NCBI RefSeq assembly: GCF_006345805.1
Contig: NC_043003.1
Coordinates: 10,292,001 to 10,356,000 of the forward strand
Source: Octopus sinensis
Lineage: Eukaryota
Length of the DNA: 64,000 nt
Direction of reading: 5' to 3'
The notes beneath the pieces were generated by a model. It was not told the DNA's origin and ran no database searches. It was given only the letters and a program-made list of their open reading frames with translations. Position numbers and translations under genes: made by a program. Positions 12,915-25,833 of this stretch are shown here, one piece after another (within the stretch, counting starts at the first letter, position 1; each line of letters opens with the position of its first letter).

Positions 12915-13092
12915 GTGGGCTTAGTTGATTACATCGATCTTAAATCATACTTTATTTTATCGACCCCGAAATAATGAAAGGCAAAGTTGACCTCAGCGGT
13001 ATTTGAAATCAGAATGTAAAGAGTCGGATGAAATATCGCGACGCATTTCTTTTTCTTGCCGACGCGCTAACGATTCCGCTAGCTCACTGCCT
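12915..13092 (-). mobile_element. SINE family C, degenerate
   Basis: atcgaccccgaaa..atgaaaggcaaagttgacctc core. Confidence 0.75.
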
Positions 13093-14233
13093 TATTTTGA
13101 GCCAATGTTTTTTCAGTTGTGTCTTCCCTCTTTACCGAATAAAATTTTTTTCGTTAGAGTCGCGATTCTTTGGACGGTATTCATGCTTCCCTGTGCCAAG
13201 CTTCTTACTCTAGTATTGAATTCATCAATCAATATCCTCTTATACTCTTTTTCATCCTTTTCATTATATCATTACAGCCATTAATTGCATTTTTATGTAG
13301 TCCTAAGAACACGTCATGTGTATCATTCAAATTTGGCCAACATCCCAACGCTAATATTATTCGTGACGCCGAATTTTCGAAGTCGTTACATACTAAAATA
13401 ATTCAAGTTCAATCGATTTTCCGGAACCTTTGATTCCAAAGCCTTACCAGATTACTAATTTTCCTGAACTAGGGGTGGTCCTCTTGATCAACACACTCTA
13501 AGCAGATATTAAATGTGCTCAAATGATTAAATGAAATACAGTTATCTTTACAGTAGTGTAGGTGCGGATTATAAGAGATTCCCAACCATTAGTGTCTGGA
13601 AAGTTGGTGTTGTACCTGGATTATATTTTCCAAAGATTTCTCTCCTTTCTCTCCAATGAAGTTACTCTCCTTCCTATGATCTGGACTGCTCCTTAAAATT
13701 AACATTAACCATATGTTTTCCTGTGCATTCTTCGGATTAATTACAATAACTGAATAACCAGTTTCGGGGTAATATCACACCATATCCTTAAAGATAGTTT
13801 ATTTCCAAACTTTTAAATTTTATCAAATAGTTTAAACGGATTTAATTACTGGCAGCAAATACTGTTTAATCAGGGATTTAGACTTTGTCTTCATTGATTA
13901 TAGAATATCTTAAATATGTGAGCAAATTTTCAAAGAAAATCAAGTTCTATATAATTTTATCTTGTGAATATTTCTTCATCGAATTTAGCGGAATAATTCT
14001 TGAGCAGAACATAAACCTATGAGGTAGAAGTTGGTGAGTAGGCAACATCGGACAAAAAGGAAAGCAGCATTTCTTCCGATTTTAGTTTTTTTTTAGTTTC
14101 AAATTCTGTAATGGCTGACTTTGCTTTTCATCCCATTCGAGGTCGATAAAATAAGTTCCAATTGAGCACTAAGGTTGAAGTATCGATTAAAACCCTACCT
14201 GAAAATTTCAGGCCTTGCAATTTATGATATATA

Positions 14234-14604
14234 CACGTGGCACTCCGTCGGTTACGACGACAAGGGTTCCAGTTGATCCAATCAACGGAACAGCCTCCTC
14301 GTGAAATTAACGTGCAAGTGGCTGAGCACTCTACAGGCACGTGTACCTCTTAACGTAGTTCTCGGGGAGATTCAGCGTAACACAGAGTGTGACAAGGCTG
14401 GCCCTTTGAAATACAGGTACAACAGAAACAGGAGGAAAGAGTGAGAGAAAGTTGTGGCGAAAGAGTACAGCAGGGTTTGCCACTACCCTCTGCCGGAGCC
14501 TCGTAGAGCTTTAGGTGTTTTCGCTCAATAAACACCCACAACGCCAGGTCTGGGAATACGACCGCGAGTCCACTTCCCTAACCACTGGACCATTGCGTCT
14601 CCAC
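14234..14604 (-). mobile_element. SINE family B, full length
   Basis: Reverse complement of 12149-12535; 11-bp TSD TATGATATATA (14223-14233 and 14605-14615). Confidence 0.92.
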
Positions 14605-15086
14605 TATGATATATAGCACTGATATATGTTATGTAAGGAAGTTGGAGTTTTCTCTGCCTGATCTGAATCTTCTAGTGCGAGAGAGAAAAATACAAAGCAG
14701 ATAAGTGGCCTCAGATGACAGAAACTTTAGTGGTCACTAAAAGATTGGATTTGGAGATGAACAATTGTTATTCAAGTTTGAATTAACAAAATAACATAAG
14801 TAATTTTCTGTTTGTATACACAAAAGTCTTATTTTCAATGAAATGGACTTCAACTGTTATTAATACGATTCGTTTCATCGACTCTAGAAAGAAGAGACAA
14901 CCAACTTTGTTATTATTTGATTTTGCATTGAATATTGCTGTCTCTTTGGGCAGATGGCTTTTCTGTGTCTCAAATTGCTTGATCGAATTCAGAATCGAGT
15001 TGCTAATATTGTGGATCCGCTTCTTTCGATTATGTTGTTGAAGTATTTGGCTCATCGTCCAAATATATATACATGTACATATAGGA

Positions 15087-15130
<44 letters not shown>

Positions 15131-15132
<2 letters not shown>

Positions 15133-15308
15133 GGAGAGTTTACGAAAAATCAAAAGACGAAGACAGGTGGTATACAAAACAAACAGATTTATTAGTATAA
15201 CGCTCAGGAATAGGAAGTCTTTTACGTTTCGAGCCGACGCTCTCAACAGAAAGGGACACAGAAAAAGCAAGGAGAGAAAAAAAATGTATGCAGTGGCTAA
15301 CGATCTAT
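15131..15308 (-). mobile_element. Penelope-like pLTR fragment inside (TA)n
   Basis: Carries the motif at 15219-15253; homologous to 22360-22440 on +. Confidence 0.65.
15219..15253 (-). ncRNA. Minimal hammerhead-like motif (A6U variant)
   Basis: CUUU-CUGUUGA-GAGC-GUCG-GCUC-GAAA-CGU-A-AAAG; stems I and II pair perfectly; palindromic ACGU stem III. Confidence 0.6.
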
Positions 15309-15371
15309 CATATATATATATATCATATATATATATATATATATATATCATATATATATATGTATATATAT

Positions 15372-15413
<42 letters not shown>

Positions 15414-15479
15414 TATATTATATATATATATATGTATATATATATATCTATATATATATATTATATATATATATATATC

Positions 15480-15510
<31 letters not shown>

Positions 15511-15674
15511 ATATCATATATATGTCATATATATATATATCATGTATATATATTATATATCATGTATATAATATATATATCATGTATATATATATATATA
15601 TATATATCATATATATATTATATATATATATATATATTATATATCATATATATATATATATATCATGTATGTAT

Positions 15675-15707
<33 letters not shown>

Positions 15708-15708
15708 C

Positions 15709-15754
<46 letters not shown>

Positions 15755-15852
15755 TGTATATATATATATATATATATATATATCATGTATATATATATAT
15801 ATATCATGTATATATATATATATATATATAATATATATATCATATATATATA
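15309..15852. repeat. Long interrupted (TA)n tract
   Basis: Seen directly; recurring TATCATG interruptions. Confidence 0.95.
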
Positions 15853-17149
15853 AGGAGAGACAGACTGACAAACAGAGAGAGACAGAGATACATACACATA
15901 CATACTCAAGCACACACACACAACACACATATATATATATAAAGAGAGAGAGGAGACTTCCTTTCGGCTTCCGTCTTACGTCCTAAAAATTCACGACAAA
16001 GAATTGTTCATCCCGGAGTAACCGGGTCTCTAGCTTAAGGCCCTTGCCCAGAGTGCCTCACAGTGGGACTGAACCCAAAACCACGTGATTGCAAAGCAAG
16101 CTTCTTAACCTCATAGCGATGCCTGTACCTATTGTTAAGTATATTGTAATGGGAAAACGCTTTGATGTTCGGTAGATTGACCACTATTTCTTAAATAAGA
16201 ACATTGAAATTTCATCATAGTTACCACCCAGCTAGATATCATTATTTTTCTCCTAATATAACGGGTATCAAATGATGCCGTCTTGCCAAAAAACAAAAAA
16301 CATTATTTAATCTAACATTAAGAATATTTATAATTGAAAGATTAGATTAATGGAAGTAAACAGTCTGTGGGACTTAAATATTATTTCAATAGATCGGATA
16401 ATTTACGTTTACAGAGGGTTAAAAGTTACTTTTTACAGACAAATATATTTATTTTAACAAAAATTATGAGGCAAAAGCCCACAACACCATTTTGTATATA
16501 TATATAGATAGATGTCAGCAATAAAATAAGATTTCTGAAGAAAAATAATTTTTAATTTCCAATTATGAAATTGCTTAATTCGATAGAATTGATTTATTGA
16601 TCAAACTTTATATTTTACCATTTTATTCTTAGAGCTATACAATCATACTTTATTGATATTTATATAGTGCTTCTCCACCACTGTGTCTTGTACACATCGA
16701 TCTACAGAACATCTGGTTAGTACAGATAAATGAACACCGATAATTTTGATGCTGGCTTTTATTCTCTTTTTGTTATTGCCTGCCTTTAAAAAAATCTTGA
16801 AGTTGGCTGAGTTAATAAGTTATCAGACAATCATAGTTCGGAAGCCTACCATTTCTTTCTCGCTCTACCCCTGATCTTGTGCTGGGATTTAAGTCAAGCC
16901 GTTTATGCACGCGTCTGCTTTTACGGAACTAGGTGTAAGGGAAAACAATAGAAGATTCGGGCATGGCTGTGACTTTAAGAAGCTCACTTTTGCAGCCATT
17001 TGGATTCAGGTTCAGTTCCCCTGTGCGGCAATTCGGGAGAGTGTCTTCCATTATAGACAGAGACTAACCAATGCCTTGTAAGTGAATTTTTAAGAAAGGA
17101 ACAGTATGGATGCTCTTCGTATACAAGTAACATCCTGGTTTACCCTGGT

Positions 17150-17555
17150 TCTCTTTTACTCTTTTACATGTTTCAGTCATTTTACTGTGGCCATGCTAGA
17201 GCACCGCCTTTAGTCGAGCAAATCGAACCCAGGACTTATTCTTTGTAAGCCTAGTACTTATTCTCTCGGTCTCTTTTGCCTAACCGCTAAGTTACGGGGA
17301 CGTAAACACACCAGCATCGGTTGTCAGGCGATGTTGGGTGGACAAACACAAACACACAGATATATACACACACATACATATATATATACCTATATACGAT
17401 GGGCTTTTTTCTGTTTCCGTCTACCAAATCCACTCACAAGGCTTTGGTCGGCCCGAGGCTATAGCAGAAGACACTTGCCCAAGGTGCTACGCAGTGGAAC
17501 TGAACCCGGAACCATGTGGTTTGTAAGCAAGCTACTTACCACACAGCCACTCCTG
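17150..17555 (-). mobile_element. SINE family A, full length
   Basis: Head to tail intact; older degenerate copies at about 15955-16130 and 16960-17130. Confidence 0.92.
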
Positions 17556-17963
17556 GTTCCATGACATTCACTATACATCTTTGTAACCGTTGGTTGCTTT
17601 GCGGTGGTTGCTATCGAGGAAAATTGTATGTTTCAGTAGTAAGAGTAATGAGTGTGTATCTTTTGTGCGTATTCATTGTGGAATGGATGTATTAACGTGT
17701 GTCTTGAATAAGACATGTTTTAAGCTGTTATTTATATATTATATATGCAATAAGATCATAGTTGACTTTGTGGTTAGGTGAGTATCACAAACAGCGGAGA
17801 ATCGCGTTGATCGTTAGTAGAAGTAAAAGAAAGGGAAGAGAGTGGAAGAGATATACTGAGAAAGTGAAAGTAGATAGAAAAGGGGAGAGAGGGAGGAGGG
17901 AGATACAGAAGGAGACAGCTAGCAGGCATCAGACGGAGAGACAATTAGCTAGCTAGACAGATA

Positions 17964-18530
17964 TGTTTCTTTATTAGCCACACAGGGATGAACACAGAGG
18001 GGACAAAATACAAAGTAGAGCTTTTCTTTTTGGCAAGAAGAGAAAAAAAAGTGGGTCAAATTTCGATCAAAAGGGATCGTGAAAAAAATGCCGATCAATA
18101 GGGATCGTGTATCACAGAAATGTTAATGTAAAAAGGGAAAACAGATTAGGTTTATCCGTCGAAAGAAAGGCCTACGATAAAGACCACGGTAACCTTAGGC
18201 AATAATGTCATGCAAAAAAGAAAACACATTACAGTAAGTAGTGTGCCATCCTTGCTACATTCACCCATTTTTTTTTAAACATTCACTAGACAAAACTTCC
18301 CTCTCTACTCTCACTTTCCTCTTCAAGTGATACTTGAAGAAGTTGAGAGATTCACCAGAGAGGAAAGTGTTTGTCTCTAGACCTTTCACTAGATGAGTCC
18401 ACCATACACATTCTTTCGCCATAGCCACAAGTACGATGAAAATGGCTCTTCCTTCCCGTTTCAAGGAAGGCGGCACGACAATATTCACGATAGACTCGGT
18501 TGATATACTGACCCTTCCAACACACGATAG
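17964..18530 (-). mobile_element. Tx1/L1-clade LINE 3' fragment (ORF2 C-terminus and 3' UTR)
   Basis: ORF 18261-18488 (...FIVLVAMAKECVWWT...FFKYHLKRKVRVEREVLSSEC) resembles Tx1 ORF2 ends. The UTR ends in AATAAAGAAACA. Near-perfect flanking duplication TAGACAGATA / TAGTCAGATA. Confidence 0.65.
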
Positions 18531-18535
18531 TAGTC

Positions 18536-18585
18536 AGATAGATAAATAGATAGGTAGGTAGGTAGATATGTATGTATGTATGTAA

Positions 18586-18616
<31 letters not shown>

Positions 18617-18771
18617 TGTATGTATGTATGTATGTATGTATGTTGGTATGTAGGTAGGTAGGTAGGTAGGTAGCTAGCTAGCTAGCTAGATACATAGATA
18701 GATAGATAGAGCGACAGACAGACAGACAGATAGATAGATAGACAGAGAGACAGACAGACAGATAAATAGAG

Positions 18772-18866
<95 letters not shown>
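18536..18866. repeat. Compound (TAGG)/(TATG)/(GACA)/(GATA)n microsatellite
   Basis: Seen directly. Confidence 0.95.
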
Positions 18867-19364
18867 CGGAGATCAAAAGAAATGCGAAAGTGACGGCTAT
18901 TAAGTTAGTTGGTAGCTTTATCGAATCAATAACAAAAATAAGTAACGAAATGGAAAACAGAATACACACATACGAACAATGACTGCATGAACACAGCGAG
19001 ATCTTTAACTTCCATAGCACTAATCAAAGGCACTCACAGAATATCCATACACATTTTTAGTCTGGTACTAATCGAATAATTTCTATTTAAAAATAAATCG
19101 AAATTATTTTACCCTGTTCACCTTTTACAAAATAATCCTGAAAATACGGAAACGAAAGTAAAATTGTTATATCATAGTTGTTGAAAATCAATATTTACAA
19201 GAAGAGGGTGACGATTGATAGAGTCATAGCGTGCAGAGTCTTCTTGTCTTCTGTATGACTTCGCTTTTAGTGGCAGCTATTTTGTCTTCACACCTACACT
19301 ATATAGATTCTTGACAAATATCATGGTATTCACGCAATCTCATTTTTCTTTCTCTCCTATATAA

Positions 19365-19706
19365 GTGGCGCATGGCTCAGTGGTTAGAGCGTCGAGCTTA
19401 CGATCGTGAGGTTGTGAGCTCGAATCCCGGACCGGGCTGCGTGTTGTGTTCTTGAGCAAAGCACTTTATTTCACGTTGCTCCAGTTCACTCAGCTGTAGA
19501 AATGAGTTGCGACGTCACTGGTGCCAAGCTGTATCGACCTTTGTCTTTCCCTTGGATAACACTGGTGGCATGGAGAGGGGAGGTTGGTATGCATGGGCGA
19601 CTGCTGGTCTTCCATAAACAACCTTGCCCGGACTTGTGTCTAGGAGGGTAACTTTCTAGGTGCAATCCCATGGTCGTTCATGACCGAAGGGGGTCTTTAC
19701 CCTTTA
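19365..19706 (+). mobile_element. tRNA-derived SINE with a CORE-like domain (family D)
   Basis: TGGCTCAGTGGTTAGAGC and GAGCTCGAATCCC boxes, followed by TTCTTGAGCAAAGCACTT...CAGCTGTAGAAATGAGT. Confidence 0.85.
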
Positions 19707-19968
19707 TACCCAAGCAAGAAACTGACATAATTTACAGAGATAAGAGCATGTGAATCTAGTATAGACATAACCTCCGCATCAGCCGTGTACGGAATATCGC
19801 AGATTCAATTTCCAGCTTTGGCCAACAGTTATGTCAATTACTCATGAAAAACGAACATACATATACCAACTTATTTCTTTCCAAATGTATAAATGTAAAG
19901 CCTTGTTACTATACAAAGAAATCGATTTACGTATTAAGACCGATTCTCCTGTAGAGCCATGTTATTAA

Positions 19969-20352
19969 TCTCTCTCTATATAAACGGCAGTTTGTCTGTG
20001 CGTGTTTCTGTGTGTCTGTTTTCTCGTACCCTCACTCTGACCACGGCTTTCAACTGATTCTCATGAAACTTGACACACACATAGCACAATGTCATAATTC
20101 AAAACTAACGCAGCGAAAATTTTGAAAAGTTCCTCCAGTTCTGAAAAAAATCGATAAATTCGACATGGAGTCGAGAATCAGAAACCCAAACCACAGACCG
20201 TCTAGGGGACGCAACTCCACCTTTTTTAACTCTCAAAAAAATTTACCATCATTTTTTTTCCATTTTTTTGCTATTTTTTGGCTATAACTCTCTAAAAATG
20301 CTTTATAGTTATTTCCCTTACAAACCTGAGCAACGCCGGGCGATACTGCTAG
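19969..20352 (+). mobile_element. Non-autonomous Helitron
   Basis: A|TC start, GC hairpin, CTAG|T end; near-identical to 58931-59293. Confidence 0.88.
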
Positions 20353-20694
20353 TGTTAGAATAAAATTGATTGAAAACTAAACCAATTTTAGAGCGAAGTT
20401 AAAAGAACATTAAGCTATTTTTTTTTTTAATTCTGAAGGTGAACAAATGTCAGTTAACGTTATATTTAGAACGTTGAGGGAGAGCGTAACAAATATATAC
20501 GCTCGTATGTCTCGTTGCAACTTATCTCTTTTTCTTCTTTGTTGTGAAAAGAAAGGGAAGGCATGTAGCTTTCTTTTCCTTTCGATATCTTTAATTCCGT
20601 CGTATCAAATTCAATCTATTCTTTAATCTGAGATAAAGCTTTCGTCTAATATTAAAATCTATAAGAATTACGCAAGTTCGATTCGATAACGTTG

Positions 20695-20952
20695 ATTGTG
20701 TTGATGATGACAACAACGATGCAGCGACGATGATGATAATAGTGATGATGATGATGATGATGATAACGAGAAGGAGGAGGAGGATGGCAGGAGAAGGAAG
20801 AATAGTGCGATGGGGGCGTCAGTAAAAAGTGGTGGTAGTGGTGTTGTCAATGATGATAATGACTATGATGATGTCTGCTATGTCGATGACGACGATAAGG
20901 AGAGGAGGGGGAGGAAAAGGAGGAGGAGAAGAAGAAGAAGAAGAAGAAGAAG

Positions 20953-20984
<32 letters not shown>

Positions 20985-21235
20985 GAAGGAGGAGGAGAAG
21001 AAGACAGGGAGGGGAGGGGAGGAGGAGGAGGAGGAGGAAGTGAAAAATGTGTGGGAGGTGGTGTTGGTGTTAGAATAGGGGGCTGGTAGTTATATTGGTG
21101 GTGGTGATGGTGGTGGTGGTGGTAGTCGGCATTGTGGCGATGATGGTGAGAAAGATAATGATGATAGTGTTGATGGTAATGCAGGGGTGATAATGATGAT
21201 GATGATGACGATGATGATGACGGCGATGATTGCGA
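20695..21235. repeat. Compound trinucleotide low-complexity tract (GAT/GAA/GGA/GGT)
   Basis: Seen directly. Confidence 0.9.
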
Positions 21236-21487
21236 AGACAAAATTGAAATGCACCTCCACAAAATTTCAGAGATAGACAATATGAGCGTAGAAAACAGAA
21301 GCGCCATTATTGAGGGCTAATAGCTATTTACAAAGAGTTGGATAATTGGTTCCCTCAACACAAAAAAAGATAACACATCTAATCTAATATATATAACGGA
21401 GCAATATGTTTATGGAATGTTTATTCTAGCAAAGTTTTGTTTATTCTCAGCCGAGTGGTAAAATCATAAAAGTTCTAATAGTTACAA

Positions 21488-22098
21488 ATATTCTTTTCTT
21501 CTCTAGGCATAAGGCCCGAAAATTTTGGGGGAGGGGGCCAGTCGATTAAATCGACCCCAGTACGCAACTGGTAGTTAATTTATCGACCCCCGAAAGGATG
21601 AAAGGCTAAGTCGACCTTGACCTCAGAACGTAAAGACAGACAAAATACCGCTAAGAATTCCGCCCGGCGTGCTACTGTATCTGCTAGTTCACCGCCCAAA
21701 ATATTTATTTCTTTATTGCCCAAAACAAGGGCAGACAAAGGGGATTAAGCCAGTTACATCGACACCAGTGAGTAACCGGTACTTATTTAATCGATCCCCG
21801 AATGGATGAAAGGCAAAGTCGACCTGGGCGGAATTTGAACTCAGAACTTAACGGCAGACGAAATACCTATTTCTTTACTACCCACAAGGGGCTAAACACA
21901 GAGAGGACAAACAAGGACAGACAAATGGATTAAGTCGATTATATCGACCCCAGTATGTAACTGCTATTTATTTAATCGACCCCGAAAGGTTGAGAGGCAA
22001 AGTCGACCTCGGCGGAATTTGAACTCAGAACGTAGGGGCAGACGAAATACCGCTAAGCATTTCGCCCGGCGTGCTAACGTTTCTACCAGCTCGCCGCC
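21488..22098 (-). mobile_element. Array of SINE family C copies
   Basis: Three cores with nested tail-to-body junctions. Confidence 0.9.
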
Positions 22099-22359
22099 CT
22101 CTAATTGTTATAAATATTTTTACAGAAATGTAGTTTTTATGGTCCCCCTTCCATGTCAGGCTTTCAAATTCATAAGCAATTCGGAAAATTATTCTCCAAT
22201 CGCTATGACATCTACTTTCAGTCTTCATCTTTGAACATATTCATGAAATTTCCAGTGATCACTAAAATTATATGCGCGTATTTAGTTTTTACTTTGATAC
22301 ATGACACGGACATGCATTCACCATATTGAACTATTAATCCCCACACATCTATTTTTTTA

Positions 22360-22870
22360 TTTCTCGTTCTTTTTTATCGAAGAGCATAGGCCAGAAACGT
22401 CAAATACCTTTCCATTTTTCCTGAGCGTTAAACTAATACACTTAATGCTGTTCAGGACGTCAACAACAGTAAACAACATGAAATACGAAAACAAACAAGT
22501 TCAATAAGTTCAATACGCAAACAACGAGAGAAACAAATGGAACACAGGACAAGTAACATAAAGAACGACCTTTCATCAGTTGTCGGCCGTCTATCTGCTC
22601 CTCATTTCGAGCATTCAACGACAATATGAGTCTTCGAAGACAGTTGCTCTCATATGCACCAAAATAAAATTTGGGATTTATGGAGGGTGATAGTTGAGAA
22701 CAAAAACAGGACACAAGGAAACTGAACGAAAACATGCATGGAGGGTCGTTAGACCAGAACGAGGGTAAAATAGCGAAATAGAGAAATATTTTGTTTGACA
22801 GGAGAAAAGATCGAAGAGGGGGATGTGTTACGTCCAGTCCTTAGGACAGACCTGAAAGAAAAGAAAGATG
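22360..22870. mobile_element. Two opposed Penelope-like pLTR fragments
   Basis: 22360-22440 (+) is homologous to 15180-15260; 22470-22615 (-) is homologous to 7490-7640. Confidence 0.55.
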
Positions 22871-23242
22871 ATATAATGTATTTGTGGAAGACTGACTGGA
22901 AAAGAATTAAATATGTACAATATAAAACAATCGAATATTATTTCATCGATGGATTCTGTCTCAAACGAGGAAACGAATCCACTTTGTTGAACGTAATTGA
23001 AGAAGATTTAATTAGTCATTTTGCTTTCTTTTAGTTCTTTTTATTTCTAGTCAGGAAAAAAAGACCAAGATTTGTGAATATTCAATAATTCTCTAAAGAC
23101 CATTGCAGAATTAGCCGTATCAACAATAATAAGAAGGAACATACTAGCCTTTTGCAATATAGAAAAAGTTGCTGTTATTTAATCAAGCAATCGCTTAATT
23201 AATTGATTAGATGCTAATGAAGAGACAAATCATAATACTAAA

Positions 23243-23457
23243 GGTTTCAAATATTGGCACAAGGCCAGCCGTTTCTATGGAGGGGATAGGTCGATTTCAT
23301 TGGCCCCCAGTACTCAGCTAGTACTTATTTTATCGATCCCGAAAGGAGGGAAAACAAAGTTCAGCTCACTAGGGTTTGAACTCAAAATGTAAGGACGAAC
23401 GAAATGCAGCTAAGCAAGTTGCCCAACGTGCTAACGATTTTACGCACTCGCCGCCAT
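23243..23457 (-). mobile_element. SINE family C, degenerate
   Basis: Colinear with the family C copies. Confidence 0.75.
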
Positions 23458-23511
23458 TTTAAAATATTTCTGTAGCCTATTTCACTTTATAATAATAATA
23501 ATAATAATAAT

Positions 23512-23755
23512 AATAGGCACATTTGGTATGAAAATATTCAGACAAAAACATAAAAACACCAAGACTAACAAATATATATATCATACAGAAAATACCACTA
23601 CTAGGCACCGCACACATCCTCCGTAAGACACTTCCAATACAGTGACAATAAGGGCATCACAACAAACCACAGCACATACCCAAGGCACACAGAGCTGCGC
23701 TCGGTAGTGAAGTGAAAGCACGTGATAAAAATAAGACTATTGAATGATGATGAAT
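23512..23755 (+). mobile_element. R4/Dong-type non-LTR retrotransposon 3' end, in (TAA)n
   Basis: ...TNIYIIQKIPLLGTAHILRKTLPIQ* matches the QK..LLGTA.ILRK C-terminus of RLE-bearing elements; preceded by (AAT)n. Confidence 0.75.
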
Positions 23756-23756
23756 A

Positions 23757-24297
23757 AATGCCCTGATGCAGTACCAGGCAGTGGTTCTCATGGTTTCTGA
23801 TCTTAACTGGTTGGAAGTGTTACCACGTACGTTGTTTTGTCTTGGTATAAAAGATGGGCTACAGCAAATATTCTGCTCAATACTTCAAATTTACTTGTTA
23901 GTTGACCATGTTCCTTAGTGGCTGACGATATGTGAATCTTTGATCACAGGCAGAAGTAGTGGGGGATCATCATAGCCATGTGTTGAGAGAAATTCTTTGG
24001 TGATTGAATAATTCACCTCTGGAAACATGGGTGTTTCATTCAACATCCTTAAACAAACCTTATTAAAGGACATTTTGAGCGGGTTGGGTCACTCGACCTG
24101 AAGAAAATTCTAACTGGGCTCCACCTGCAAGATAATGCGCGGTTTATCTTGGTATAAGATCACAATGTCGCGCACATATAGTTGTGATGCATGGGCCTGG
24201 TGTACCCTTATCAGACGGGTTGTCATGATGTGTATATTGGGCTTCGTGTAATTTTAACCCGGTGTCACTTTGATGGCATACGCTGCTCTCTCATTCA
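23757..24297 (+). mobile_element. About 540-bp non-coding element ending in an (AAT)n tail
   Basis: More GC-rich island with no ORF, bounded by the R4 tail and a long (AAT)n run. Only one copy is in the window, so its repeat status is inferred. Confidence 0.5.
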
Positions 24298-24300
24298 GTA

Positions 24301-24386
<86 letters not shown>

Positions 24387-24780
24387 CGATGATGATAATG
24401 ATAATAAAGATATAAAACAATGGAGTGAATTAGACTGGCACTAAAACCAGTGTACACGAAGGTAGGTGTAGACCCTCAGAGCCTTGGCTAGTGATGGTGT
24501 CATGATAATAACAAATTTGGTTGCACAACCTTACAAATGCTACTTCTAAATAAGTAATGTCAAAATTAAATAACAACCACAACAGTGCTAACGAGATTGG
24601 AATGGTTAACAGTGAATGTGACGCGCACAGCAGGTAGGGAGTATCTGTTGAAGCTCCGGCAGGTCGTCATCAAGTTATCAATCTGGATCAAAATCGCAGT
24701 CAAAAATGCAATATAAAAAGGATGAAGAAATGGGGATAAGATGTAAGAAAATTAGTAATAGAATGCCGCCTCAGAAGTGA

Positions 24781-24970
24781 ATAGAATACCCGGTAGAGCT
24801 CCTACTGAAAGCTTGTCGCTTAAGGACAGCAAGGATTATCAGGAGGGCTTTAAGCACTTGAAAGACTGCTGGAAACTTGTTGATATATAAGGTTACAGGC
24901 AGAAATCTGCAACCCACATAAATCCTACCAGGAATAAGACTGAACCTGAGCCAAACCGAAATAATAATAT
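24781..24970 (+). mobile_element. Second, older R4/Dong-type 3' fragment
   Basis: IEYPVELLLKACRLRTARIIRRALST* followed by a UTR ending AATAATAAT. Confidence 0.6.
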
Positions 24971-25628
24971 AAGAAGTGAAATAGAACAGAGCGTGGGTTT
25001 ATTATTGGCGCAATGACCTTCTCAAGAATTAACAAGTTCATAATGTTTACATATAGTTTACATACAGAATAGTAACTGTTTCCAGGAGAATTCTAAGAAA
25101 AATTGAAGAGAGGCTTGATAGAAATAACTTTAAAACATTTTAATAAATTTAATAAATTTGTAAGAAAAGAAACCAAAATTTAAAAAAAACGTGTGAAAAA
25201 GGAAGCGGTTTAATGGTGGTTTATGCGAGAAAGGTGGGTGTTGTTGTAATGCTGTAGGTCAATGTTGACTGAAATTACACTTTAGCAGTTGTTCTTATAA
25301 CGCAGCCAGCTATGGTTTGCAATAAGACACCTACGGCGCGGTTTTAATGACACGGATCACTGGTTTTAGTGACAAAGCGCACCCCAGTGTAAATTTTGTT
25401 GATTCAGTTAATAGGTGTTGCAGAAATTCAATCCGTTAGATGTTATAATGAAACACTTCAATAGTGCTTTTGTTCACAGAGGTCAGCAGTGATCAACGCC
25501 AGGCGAACGCGCACACACACAGACACGTACGCAGACACACATACATACACACACATACACACACACGTATACACACACACACGGACACGCACGTGCACAA
25601 ATATGTTTAAGTTGCAATTACAAAATGT

Positions 25629-25797
25629 AGGCGCAGGTGTGGCTGTGTGGTAAGTAGCTTGCTTACCAATCACATGGTTCCGGGTTCTGTCCTACTGCGT
25701 GGCGCCTTGGGAAAGTGTTTTCTACCATAGCCTCAGCGTGACCAAAGCCTTGTGAGTAGATTTGTTAGAAGGAAATTGAAATAAGCCCGTTCTTTAA

Positions 25798-25833
<36 letters not shown>

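Noticed and set aside
13400-13740. Possible ancient PLE endonuclease C-terminus and decayed hammerhead on the minus strand
   Set aside because: Needs several frameshifts, and the core CUGGUAA is non-canonical.
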